This document shows positions 51,953 through 64,000 of a stretch of 64,000 nt of DNA, piece by piece. Within the stretch, counting starts at the first letter, position 1. Each line of letters begins with the position of its first letter. Location of the stretch: assembly GCA_028023455.1 (NCBI GenBank), contig JAQFVV010000002.1, positions 12,152,001 through 12,216,000 of the forward strand, given 5' to 3'. The DNA comes from Epiperipatus broadwayi (Eukaryota; Animalia; Onychophora). The notes under the pieces were generated by a model. It made no database searches and was not told where the DNA came from. It was given only the letters and a program-made list of their open reading frames with translations. Position numbers and translations under genes: made by a program.

Positions 51953-53693
51953 TATTGGCCTGCCAGTGACAACACTAGCATGGGATTTGAACCTGGACCC
52001 TTAGATTCTTGAGTACTGAATTTTAAGGTAATGCTCTAACCAACTAGGTTATCCTGCCAAAAGCAACAGTTAGTAGAAATCTCATATACTTATCGATGAG
52101 GTTCCTCCTGATTTCTCCACTTTTTCCTTAAGAACAAATTTGATTAGTGGTTTCCATACATTATATACAGTCACACTAGGTTGGCTTATGTGGGCAGCTT
52201 CTTTAATTTTTTTTCTTTCTACTTTTTCTTCTCTATCCAATATTTTTGTGTTTTCTCAATTGAACATATGTTCATTGGCTCATACATGGTCTGCTACCTT
52301 AGACACATCTGTTTTCTCTTTTAATCATCAGTTTGGGTTCTTACAAGTGCTTTTCAATGGGACAACTGGTCTCACCAATATATGTTCTTTCACATTCACA
52401 TGGTATTTCATAGATGCAGTTTTTTTTCTTTTCAGCATTTCAAGTTTAGACTTTGTAGATATTAGAATTACTCAGTGTGGTATGGCTCTGGAAAGCTGTT
52501 CTGATGTTATATTGATTGCAGATTTTCCTTAATTCGTCTGCTATTTTTGGAAGGTATGGGTACACTACAGTACCAATAATTGTTTTTTCTCTTGGTGGTT
52601 CTTTTTGTTGTCTATTTAACATTTTTTTAATAACAGTTGATAGATAACCCTTTTTCATAAGTTTGTTCTTTATAAATCTTTTTCAAAATTGCTGGTTTCT
52701 GAACAAACTTCATTTGCTCTGTTCCATAGTGATAGTATAACTCTATATTTTGTGTTTCTGGTGTGATTGGATGTTTAGACTAGATATTTTCCTGTATGTG
52801 TAGGTTTTCAGTAAACTGTAGTTTTGATTTAGCCATGAGGCAGTCTTGACACAAGGACAACTAAGAATGCAAATTTTTGTTCTTGTTCTGATTCTATTGT
52901 GAATTTAGTTGAAGGGGATATGTTGTTAATGTGTTGCCAGAAAGTTTGTAGCAGTGCTTCACCATGTGACCATACAACTAATGTATCATCTACATAGTGA
53001 AGTCAAATTTTAGGTGGATATGGAGTGGTTTTTGTGGCTAAGGTTTCAAGTTCTTCCATGTAAATATTGCTAATCAGGGAGACAATGGTGAGCCCATAGC
53101 TATTCTTTGAATTTTGTTGAAGAATTCTGTGTTATATCAAGAGAAAAAACCAATTATTGGTACTGTAGCATATCCATACATTCCAAAAATAGCAGACAAA
53201 TTAAGAAAAATCTGCAATCAGTATAACATCAGAACAGCTTTCCAGAGCCATACCACATTATAAGGAATTTCTACATCTACAAACCCAAAACTTGAAATGC
53301 TAAAAAGAAAAAACTGCATCTATGAAATACCATGTGAATGTGAAAGAACATATATGGATGAGACTGGTCATCCCATTGAAAAGCGCTTGCAAGAACCCAA
53401 ACTGATGATTAGAAGAGAGAAAACAGATGTGTCTAAGATAGCAGACCATATATGTGCCAATGAACATATGTTCAATTGCCAAATACAAAAATATTTATAG
53501 AGAAGAAAAGGTACAAAGAATAAAATTTAAAGAAGCTACTAACGTGACAATGGCAAAAAATCCCACAGCCAACCTAGTGTGACTATACATAATGAATGGA
53601 AACCACTAATCAACTTTGCTCTTAAGAAAAAGTGGAGAAATCAGGAGGAACCTCATAGATAAGTATATGAGATTTCTACTAACTGTTGCCTTT

Positions 53694-53776
53694 GGCAGGA
53701 TGGCTCAGTTGGTTAGAGGGTTATCTTAAAATTCAATACTCAAGAATCTAAGATCCAGGTTCAAATCCCATGCTAG
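53694..53776 (+). promoter_or_regulatory. tRNA-like Pol III head (A box 53701-53712, B box 53758-53768) inside the PLE end; mirror copy at about 51975-52058
   Basis: TGGCTCAGTTGG and GGTTCAAATCC. The mirror copy has AATCTAAGGGTCCAGGTTCAAATCCC, similar to the 3' half of tRNA-Lys. Confidence 0.75.
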
Positions 53777-53800
53777 TACTGTCACTGGTCAGGCCATAAA

Positions 53801-53843
53801 CACCTGAAGAAGAGGGGAGAATAGTACCTCTTGAAATATTGTG
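53801..53843 (+). ncRNA. Hammerhead motif, PLE plus arm
   Basis: CAC-CTGAAGA-A-GAGGGG-AGAATAGTA-CCTCTT-GAAA-TA-TT-GTG. The two arms reconstruct to CTGAAGA-A-GAGGGG...CCTCTC-GAAA-CG-TA-GTG. Confidence 0.75.
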
Positions 53844-54521
53844 CATATACTAACCTGTTTGATGTGCTATTATTAACAGTTGAATGTATTTGGAATATTT
53901 AAATAAAGTTAAATTTTTCTAAAGACATTCAATACTCATATTAGATGATGAAAATAGTCCAATATAAAAATACAAGTAAAACACCATCATCACAAACCTC
54001 CAGGAAAACACTAATCATTACTTGGATTTCATTAAAATTTATTTTCTGGCCTATTTTTTCAAATCTTTGTTTTTTTCTTCATAAATCCTTGATGCAAAAA
54101 TAATAATATCAACAGAAAATGCAGCTAATTTAGAAAATTACCATTTATATTGGTATCAAATTTATTTCTACATGAATTTTTTAAAGAATGCTTAGAATTA
54201 ATTTCTTAAGATTTCAAATCATATTTAAGCATCAAAGTTATAATGAAATACAATTAATTCAAATGTCAAGATAGATCTTCCCTTCCCTCTCCTTTTTTTT
54301 CTTCATGTTTTTCAGTTAAGGCTGATTAATTCATTTTAAGGTCTTCAGCCAACATTTTTAACAGTATGATAGTTAATTGTTCAATACAATATTTTTAACT
54401 CTTTTGAAATAAATAGTTACATCTATTATTAGAATATTAATATATCACAAATCAGGTTCACTGAATAATTATATTTTCAAGCAATAAAATATATTGATAC
54501 CATATTTTAGTAAAAGTTTAT

Positions 54522-54710
54522 ATAATAACATACAAGGCTAAAACCTTTGAAAGAAGCACCTTAAAAATGTTTATTTGACAGCCAATCAGATATGATAATG
54601 ACTGCATGTGGAACTCTTAATTCAAGAACACAAGCCAAAACATCTGATTGGCTGTCAAATAAGCATTTTTAAGGCACTTCTGTCAAAGGTTTTAGCCTTG
54701 TAGTTATTAT
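54522..54710. mobile_element. Palindromic MITE with about 61-bp arms
   Basis: 54531-54591 versus 54642-54702: tacaaggctaaaacctttga.agaag..ccttaaaaatg.ttatttgacagccaatcagat. Confidence 0.88.
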
Positions 54711-56679
54711 TAGATATCTGCTAGCACTTAATAAATTTATTTAAAAGTTTATATATAAACTTATACTACCCCCCCTCTTCTCTCTTTTCCCTCTCTTGCA
54801 CATTATTATAATGGGAATTATATTGAATGTATATATGCATACTTTATACAAAAAGCATGCAGAAAGTTTAATGGTGATTTTCCAAAATATATATATATAG
54901 TAAAAAAAATCATCTGAGTTCATAAAAATTAATGATGTAATTCTAAAATTGAGATGCTTGAATAAAGTATGTTAAGAAGATGGCAAACTACTATTGATGG
55001 TGATCAAATATTATTTGGTCATAATACTTTATGTGCTAGTTAGTTAGTCTATATGCCTTCAAAAAAAAACTAACATGCACAAGCACTATTATAAGATAGA
55101 TTTGAATATAATTTTAATCAAAAAAATTTATAGAATGCAATAAAATATCAAGACATTTTTGGAACAAAAATACTTAATAAGTCTACATAAATATTTAATA
55201 TTTTTTCTTGGTTGAAATTTTATTAAGATGGGCTTTTTTTACCAGTCTACTGTTAAAATCCATCATGTATTTGGAATCCAGTAATTTTCCTGTATTTGTA
55301 ATATTCATTTCATAACCATGTTTCGAATACCAAAATTCATAGATAATAGCAAAACTGTATGTATGCATTTTGAACATGCTTACATATATATGTGTACATG
55401 TAAACCATAAGTATCAAAAGTTGACTGATTGTCATGTGTAAATTATATCACCACAGCCAATGCTTAAATAAACCAATAGAATACCACTAATCTATTATCA
55501 AAACAACACTCAATTAGATAATAAATGTGTACATATTTATATTGAAACAGTATTCTTTGTCCATCATCCTGTTTCACCTACTATGTTCCATAGTATCTTT
55601 TTCCCCAGTTCAAACCCTCCCAGTTCATGTATATAAACTTACAATAATTTGTTTTAATCTGTAGGAGCATACATTTATGTGTACGTGTGTGTATTTGTAT
55701 CTGCACATACATTTAATAGTCATATTATGTTTCTATGTGTATAATGTATATGCATTTTTAATTTTAAAATTAATAAAATTAAAATAAGTTGTGAACATCA
55801 TTGTATGTGTGGGAGCACACCTGGAATTGTAATGTCATAGAGTTAGTAAACATTATAGATTTTCTAAATTCTTTCTAAATTATTTTGAAGTTGTTTAATT
55901 TACAGAATGATTGGTATTCACATACAATTCTTAAATTCATGGGTGTCTGTCTTATGTATATGCTAGAATGTTGACAGCTTAAATCTCTTTTTAAAAAAAA
56001 AAAGAATGAAGATCATCGGTTTTTCAGAAATACTTCTAAGTAAATGGTAAACTGAGAGCTGAAAACTTTTAAAGCTTTAAAACAAAGTTCAAAAGGGTGA
56101 AGGCAAAATCATTAACCTGGCACCACTTGTCAATAGCTAAGCCAGATCCTTTTGTTCTTATTAAATTTATTTTTGAAAATTGAAAATTAAAAGTCGTAAA
56201 CAACTTTTAATGGCTTGTGAGAGGGATAATAAAAAGTTAACAAAAAACCCTAAAATTCAGACAACAGGGTTCACTCATTAATTCTTTTTCTACAATGAAA
56301 ACCGTGGGGTAAACCAATTACTGCCCCTCCCTTGGGGAGAATTGGTCCATGATAGAGATGGAGTTCAAGACCCACAGCCTGCAAAGAAGACTTCAGACAA
56401 GCCAACCTAATGGAGAATGCTGCATCAAGTGCCTCAGCTAGAAGATTGGTAAATTTCTTCCCACAGAGCTCTATAAAAATATTAAACTTTAAATTAATTC
56501 CTAAATCTAAAGCTAGCTAAATGATGAACGTTCAAATTAATGATTTGTAATAAATTTTAAAAGTAAATTTTGTAACTTTATTCTAATAATAATCTTTGTA
56601 AGGATCTTGCCTTCTTAATAAATATTATAATTGATAAATTTCTTAGCATAATAACTGTAATCAGTTATTATCATTTATC

Positions 56680-57995
56680 TATCTTTCTAATCTGCGGTCA
56701 TGTCTATTTTCTGTTTATATATTTCTTAATTTATCTATTTATGTTATGCCATTCAGAGCGGAGATTGATAATAATAATTTTGGAGATGATTAGAAACTCT
56801 CATGTAGCTAATTTATATTGCTGCTTAGCATACCTTACAAATCTCCAGTCTGAAAATCTACTCATATATATTGAACCGTTTTCGAATATGTGAATTCGAA
56901 ACACCGGTCTCTTAGGCAGAAAAGAACATACTCGGAGAGTATGTATGCCCAAACGATAGCTATAAAGTATATAACTAACGTTACATTTCCAGGACATAGC
57001 TTCTTCTCGGCTGTTGAGTTGAACACCACATCCAAAGCACTTTTTTGTTTGTGTATAACCACGGGCGCCAGCTGCTTATTCTAAAAGAATACTAAAAGAA
57101 TAGACAACGCACTTTGAACAGTGGCCACTAACTCAACGCCTAAATCCATGACTAGCTCAGCTATTTGTAATCACTAATAGATTATACTTAATTAGTGATT
57201 AAAAGAATTGATAAAAGAATTTGTTAAAAAGAATTGACCGACAAATAAAGTTTAATTTTAAAGATAATTTATTAACTAACATTTATTTACTAAATTTAAA
57301 CATTTTATACTTCTAATAAAACACACGCATATTTTAAATTAACATTCTAAATAGTTTAAATATTCTTGAATATTTTCATAACAGAACACTGGGAATTTAT
57401 CTACTTTGACTAATAATATTGATATAAGGATCACGCACATATTAACTCATGCACACACATAATAATGATAATAAAGGACTACATAGTATTTGAAATTTAA
57501 TCACACACATCAATAGTTCATTTATGTATGATATAGAGTTCATATAATTAGACTCTTGAAAGATTAATATGAATTAATGCAATGCAATGGCTATTACAGT
57601 ATAAACGAAATAAGCAAATGTTTTTACCTAGGCTTTTGAATGTAGATGTAGAATTTTGTTCTCTTTGGTGGCTGCTTTTGGTGAGGATATTTCCATTATG
57701 AATGCTTACCAGCCGTCTGGGACGTTTCCTTGCTGAGTTTCCTGAGTTTCACGATTATTACTATCGGAGACAAATAGATACTGACAGAGATTTTCTAAGA
57801 TGCTAAGCTGACATTATTTCACAGGCAGATCTGCTGTTTTCTCGGACATCTGGGCTGGAGATAAACGTGCGTTCCCAAGATCTTCTCAACACTGCATTTT
57901 GTTTGTTAACTGCTCAATTAATTTCTGAACTGCACTACTCAATTACTTTGTGAACTGATTACTGTCCGATAAAAAAAAGGTCTATTTATACCTGC
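56680..57995 (-). pseudogene. Possible CpG-rich two-exon gene relic with TATA and initiator
   Basis: TATAAATA (57990-57983), TCAGT (57958-57954), caaaATG (57897), GT donor (57627), ttcttttAG acceptor (57081). Downstream frame AAGARGYTQTKKCFGCGVQL. Several in-frame stops. Confidence 0.3.
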
Positions 57996-60900
57996 GCCTT
58001 GTTGTCTTTCTAATATCTCCGGCAAAGATCTGTTGTCGAAATTCTTTAGCAATTAATCCTTTGATAAACGTGTTTTGGAAGATTGCTTTATTAGTAATAG
58101 CCATGCAATAAAACGTGTTGTTTTATTTTATTAATAGCCATTGCCGTGTTTTTAATGATAATCTTCTTTTATTTCGCATACATTTTATTTATTTACAAAT
58201 CGCACATATATACGCACATATATTTTTAATACAATTTACTATTTAGTTTTAACATTATTTTTTCTTTAATTAAACTTGAATGAAAAGAGATTTGTATGTT
58301 TTAACTTTTTAAATTATATTTTTACGAATACTAATAAAAACTCTTTACTTCCTTTTATAACCCTTAGTTTAATTTCTCTAACGAAACACCCCTCTCCCCT
58401 TACGCTAGAAAACTATTTGATTCTTATCCTTTTCTAAAACAAACTGCAATAAACTCTTCAACATTTAATTTTATGTTTTTCTTTTATGAACGATTATTTT
58501 AATAATATAATTTTAGATAAAATTATATGTGCCTATATCAATATAGGTACAATATATATATTATTAAAGCTACTATGTTAGGGCTTATTGTTTAATTCAG
58601 ATTTGTTTATTAAATGTCTGTTTAGTTAAAGTATGGGAGAATGATATTTTAAAATAATTAGTTAATTTTAAGTCCCAAATATGCTTTGTTTCTCCTCAGT
58701 TTATTCTTATAAACTATATGGATTACTGGGTAAACTATGTCACTTATAATTACTCCCTTTTAGCATGATTTAAGTGTGCTGATTTATGAAAAAGCATATA
58801 GTAGTTTTGCAAAATGAAACTATAGATTTTGCACTCAATTAATGTTAATGTTTATATTTAGAAAACATTACGAATGTGTTTTTATAAAGCACATAGCTGC
58901 AATATACGCCTTGCTATTGTATTTTTATTAAAATGGGCTTTGGTTTTAAGGGCCACCACATTAGTCTTAGTTCAGACAGTTCTCTTTTAAAAATGGGTTT
59001 TTGTTTTAATGATCACCCCATTATCGTATTTTAGAACTGGAACATGAGGATCCAGATTGTTTTATAAGCTGCTCCAATCTCCTGAACTAGGTATTCACTT
59101 ATTTTAAGATAGCAAGTCATGTGATCCACAAGAACCGAGTACTTGATACTGAATCCCATGAGTAACTGCATATTTGGGCCACATCTCTTACTTATTTTAT
59201 GTAGCACCATAGTCTCAGAAGTTATGCTACAAATTTCCAATTCGCCCTCCATAATATTATTTGTTTAGCATTGATCTGAACCTCTGACCTAGCTTATATT
59301 ATGCAATCTGCATAAAGAGCGCATTGACTGCTCGTTACGCAATAATATATTAAGTATATATATTATCTATCATTCTCGTGTAATTTGACTATTGGCAAAC
59401 CTTGTACGGATGGCATACCATAGTTAAGGCATGAATAGACCATAGAATAAACTTGTAATAAACATTAAACTGTAATAAACTCTTTTAAAGTGCATAATAG
59501 ATGAGAACCTGCTCTCATCGCTATAAGACACTTGTGTGTGTGTAAACCCAATGCACTTTGTATATTTGTATTGTTTATCATATATTTTATAATTAAATAT
59601 TTAAAACTCATAAATGTTTAGTGTATTATTCACAATTCACTACCAAATCTACTCTTATTTAGTCAAATCTACTCTAATATAGTATTAGTTACTGATATAT
59701 GCATTATCTAGCCAGCCATAGGTGTGTGTGTGCTTACTAAGTTATTAGTAATTTAGTTAATATGAGTCTCTTGCTCCATCCTTTGCTACTGCCAGCAAGT
59801 GAATTAAGAAACTTCGAGTGTAGCTTCATATATGTCATTCATAGGATAGCAAATCATGTAGTGTTGGTGAAGGAGCTGAGGTGCGATCTGATTCGAGGTC
59901 TCAGCACCTCATCTAGATCAGCCTTGATATAATTTGCCAGGACTCTGGATTTTGTTGTGTGAATGTACAAATATGACCATTACAATATACAATAATATAC
60001 CAAAAAATCACCACTCTTATAATCATGATTTTTGATAGATTAAAATATAGAAAATTTTAAAAAATCAATATTAATTTCTTTTAATTGGATTAAGTGAAAT
60101 CTGTTTACTGAATCATTGAGGGGAGGACAGTGCGACAGCTGATTATTTATTGTTATTTCTAAATACTACTGTATAATGCCAACATATACAATATCTAATA
60201 GCAAATATAAAAAATGATAAGAAGAAATAACATTTACAATAAATGTGAGTGAATATAAATGAAAAGAGTCAGTAGTAATTCAGCAAACAAACATCTGCAT
60301 ATCTAATATATATATAAAAGTAAATTGAGTTAATAAATGAGTTTTAATGCACATGAATGTGAATATGTGCGCATCAGAATGTATAAAATATAATTACAAA
60401 TTATCTTTAAAAATTTTTAAGTCTTTAAAACAATTAAAGCAGTGCATTAAAAAAAGATCACAATTTTTTTAATTGTTACCTCTAGCAGTATGGATAAACA
60501 ATTTTGGAAAACCAATTTCTTCTACCATTTATTATTCTAATAAATCAATACTACTGTATTTATTTTATTTTCTTTTTTGACAGAAACAGGATAGCATTTG
60601 TTTTTTTTTTAGAAATAAGACATCGAGTGTTAAATTGCAGGAAAGTGCTGATGTGAAATATTGCCCCTCAAGAATTTGTTTCTTCAAACAGCAGTCTGCC
60701 GTTCGTGGTCACCTTCGAGAATAGGTCAATGTGTTTACTAACAGATGGCCACTAGACTGACCTTTAAATTAATCCATAGAAGAAACCACAAGTTGAAATA
60801 ACAGTGAACTTCTTTTATTAACATCAAAATCGCTATATATAAATTCACAGCCCCTATATTTGCATAAAAAAACTCATCTAAATATTTATTTGCAAAACTT

Positions 60901-61849
60901 CATTAAAATAAATATAAAAATATACTCATTCAAGGTAAGTAAGAGGGAGATGAATGAAAAATTATTATTCTCTAATAATGTACTTTAATCAACATTTTCC
61001 AAATTATGATCAAAAGCATCTAAAGTCGGCAACTCTAAGGCTGAGTATAAAAGGCATTTAGAATATAAATTTATTTTCTTAAAAACCACGTGCAATGCAT
61101 CACAGTGAAAAGAGCTGCATTACCAAGAGATAACGATTTCTGATATGATTTCTATCTAATAAAAGTATTTTTAAAAAATCTCATTTTGATGAAATTAATG
61201 AATTTATTGTTTTCAATCTATCACTTTGACGCTGAACACTACTTGACTTGCTAAGTAACCATATGATTTTTGCCTTAATACAATCTAATTAGTTTTCCAA
61301 TAATTTAACTCATGGCTGTGTTATTTATTATTGTTTAAAATATTTCTTCAATATGAAAAAAAGACAGTTCTATCATTTATATTATAACAGTAAATTTTTA
61401 ATGATAATCAGGTTTGAAATGGTACATGGTTTTGAATCAGGAACCAAAGATATACAATGATTTATTAAATATGTCCGTAAATGTTGATTCAAGGAAGTAT
61501 GAAAGCCGAATGGTTAATAAAATTCAAATGAAAATCACTTCAAATATATATAATAATATAAACTAATGTGATGATGATCATTTGTAACCTCAGTAAAAAT
61601 CCTCCTAAAAGTATTTTATATGTTTTTCAATTTCAAGTGTGCCCCTTGCATGATTTCTCAGAGTTGTGGATATTATTAGCATATTGGAAATTAAAAGCAT
61701 TATATTTTGAATAAGTTCGAGAAGCAAACACAAATTAAATGGATTAATAAAAAAAAATTAATTTATTAACAATGTATAAATACAGTTGTATATATACTCG
61801 CAACTGTTAATGCATATACAAACTATAAAATATAATGATGAAAGATATT

Positions 61850-62620
61850 TTTAATTTAAGTGTAAGGTCTTACTATATCTATAATAATAGGACTTTACTA
61901 CATGGAAATATTTGAACAGTTCCAAACCGTGGTTTTCTGTAGATGTTATTCTTTTAATATATTTTGGTTGTCTTCATTAAATCCTCCAAAGATAGCAGTT
62001 CTCCTTGGACACTGGTGATGTTAGAGAAGAAATTCAGCAGTGACATTACATAGCATATAGCTTCAGTAGGTATTGGGTAGTTCTTACAGCACAGTCCATT
62101 CCTCCCTTCATGGCATTATTATGGCAGGCACTAGACTAGTTTTGGCAAATTTCAACATTAGTTTTCTGGATCTGACAGCATTTTCGAGATATTTTAGCTG
62201 GTGTGATTTTTGTTATCTAGCTACGCACATTTCTGTTTGATAAAATCATCATGCTTGCTGTTATAAATGAAATATTGAAAATTACTATAAAACAGTTTGC
62301 AAGACTTGACTGTTTGAGTTACAGAAAAAACAATTTTAATCAGCAGTTTTTCTCATCGACATTGGATCACTACAACACTGCTACTTAAGTTGACTTTTCA
62401 GATAAGCTAGAATAGACTATGCTGCTTAAACAGGACTTGAATGCCCTAATTGTTGTTTCAAACCTATTTCTCCCTATTTGATATTGTTTAGCAACATATT
62501 TTTCAAACAATGGATTCATTACCAGTTGATTATTAAGATTTGACCTCTTTTTCTTGCCAACAGGTTTTTTGAAAACCATTTTCTTTATTCTCTTCACAAT
62601 ATGTTGTGGAAACAATTTAC
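61850..62620 (-). mobile_element. PIF/Harbinger transposase remnant
   Basis: NLNNQLV....FEKY.....NRFET.I...KS.LS, then NFQYFI...and GE...L..LMK segments, in Harbinger order. Confidence 0.5.
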
Positions 62621-63340
62621 AGATATTATATCATAATTAAGTACATAAACAAATGAAAGAAAAAAAAGGTTTTTTTCTCTTTCTTTACATTCATTAGCTG
62701 ATAGAAAAAAAAAAAAAATTGTCACCAACATTTAAATTTTAAATATCTTTTAAAATATTCTTAATTCCAAAATTTTAATTTCATTTCTAGATCTACCATC
62801 ACATTTATTATAAAAATGTGAGATATTTTGTTTAAAACTTCATTCAAGAAAGGCAAACTAAAAAGTATTCAAAATGCATTTGATTTTTAGAAACTGCACA
62901 AAATTCAAATGCTTTCGCATATCGAGACTACTTTTTTTTCTTCCTTCCTTTACACTGCAATTCATCATTTTAGTATTTCTCATATATTACAAAATAAATA
63001 TTTAATAATATGACAAAGTATCTTTTCTTTTAATTTTTTAAATAGTTTACTCAAGAGACATGTATATATGTGCACCTACACAAATGGAAGTTTATATATT
63101 TATTAGTCTGTTCACATGAATTTTTATTAGGCTTTTTTTTTTCATGCAGCTCTGTAATATAATGAATTTTTAATTGCTATCAGATTTTTTATAGTTACAA
63201 TATGCTTATAAAAATTATTAATTAAATTTACAATTGGTATAAACATAGAAATGCTATGCAATACAATATATAATATAATGATAAAAAAATCAAGTCAGAT
63301 GTCACATGACCTCATTTAATAAAGCTCGTGCTTACAAATG

Positions 63341-63493
63341 TTATATATAGAGCTTACAAGATAAGCTCTTAACAAGCTTTGAGAATATCCTCAACCCCAA
63401 ACCTCACTGATGATGCCAGAAGCAGAAACCAGTCTGGGGGTGAATATATTCTCAAAGCTTGTTAAGAGCTTATTTTGCAATCTCTATATATAA
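63341..63493 (+). mobile_element. 153-bp rod element: 48-bp inverted repeats enclosing a hammerhead
   Basis: 63341-63388 versus 63446-63493 pair at 45/48 positions; the loop region holds the HHR. Confidence 0.9.
63402..63439 (+). ncRNA. Hammerhead ribozyme motif at the apex of the rod
   Basis: CCTCA-CTGATGA-TGC-CAGAA-GCA-GAAA-CCAG-TC-TGGGG: intact core, 3-bp helix II, 5-bp helix I with one G-U pair, GUC triplet at 63432-63434. Confidence 0.85.
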
Positions 63494-64000
63494 TATACAA
63501 AAATTCTGCAACTCCTTTTCTTTAATAATAATTTGTAAACTTTAAAAGTTCAAAGAAACATCGATTTTAAAAATATATATTTTAACAATGAATTGAATTG
63601 TGTAAAAATTATTATTAGCCATTTATCAATTATTTATAAAAAATATTTTTACCATAATAATTCATAAGTCAGATCCCTAAAAGAATGATAATTGCAAATA
63701 CATTGACATAATTTGGAGCATTATTTGCAATTTCACTCAAAGGATTATTTGTAGATCTGGCTTGTAAATTATAGCAGTAACTTGTTTTGGACTTGGTTGT
63801 TCTGTGAATAGATGTATATCATCAGTATTGCATATATTGATAAGCGGTAAAGTTTTTTATGGACTTGTTAAAATTAATTGAAAAACTATTTTAGATATAC
63901 AGTAGCCTTTTGATGTATTGTTTCCAAGAGTTCAGAAAAGGTGAACGATAGGGCCAGAAATCAATTAAATATTATAGAAAACAACAATAAACAAGTATTT

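Larger units (their letters stand above)
51775..53976. mobile_element. Penelope-like element: 5'-truncated minus copy (53137 to 51775) plus inverted partial copy (53138-53976)
   Basis: RT AMGSPLSP..SNIYME, YVDDT, TTVY.KPTHTGKYL (52660-53130, minus). GIY-YIG NCIYEIPCECERTYMDETG...ADHI on both arms. Arms 51775-52594 and 53138-53976 are inverted homologs. Confidence 0.93.

Noticed and set aside
52140-52532. 130-aa plus ORF
   Set aside because: Antisense shadow of the PLE endonuclease.
57060-57075. TGGCGCCCG as an LTR primer-binding site
   Set aside because: No gag/pol downstream and no paired LTR.

Overview
AT-rich (roughly 25-30% GC by eye), CpG-depleted eukaryotic DNA, most likely from an invertebrate; the taxon cannot be fixed from sequence alone. 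No intact host gene, rRNA, intact tRNA or CRISPR array is supported. The window is mostly decayed mobile DNA: two L1/Tx1-like LINEs, RTE and RTE-X LINEs, a Mag-type Ty3/Gypsy, Penelope-like elements (PLEs), a three-level hAT nest, two PIF/Harbinger remnants, several foldback MITEs and tRNA-Gly retrocopies. The strongest unexplained signal is a dense set of type I hammerhead ribozyme (HHR) motifs: about 11 supported plus 2 weak, and 8 keep the full CUGANGA/GAAA/UH core. They sit in PLE ends and in at least three small non-coding element families. Nearly all have a tiny palindromic helix III of family-specific sequence, and several lie beside tRNA-like Pol III boxes and long inverted repeats. 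One family has 10-13 bp target-site duplications (TSDs), and two partial copies start within a few nt of the predicted cleavage site. Together this points to a retrozyme-like system mobilised by PLEs (inference). A CpG-rich block at 12.6-14.9 kb holds a decayed minus-strand frame unlike any TE protein I recognise, a candidate endogenous viral element. All translations, alignments and folds were done by eye.
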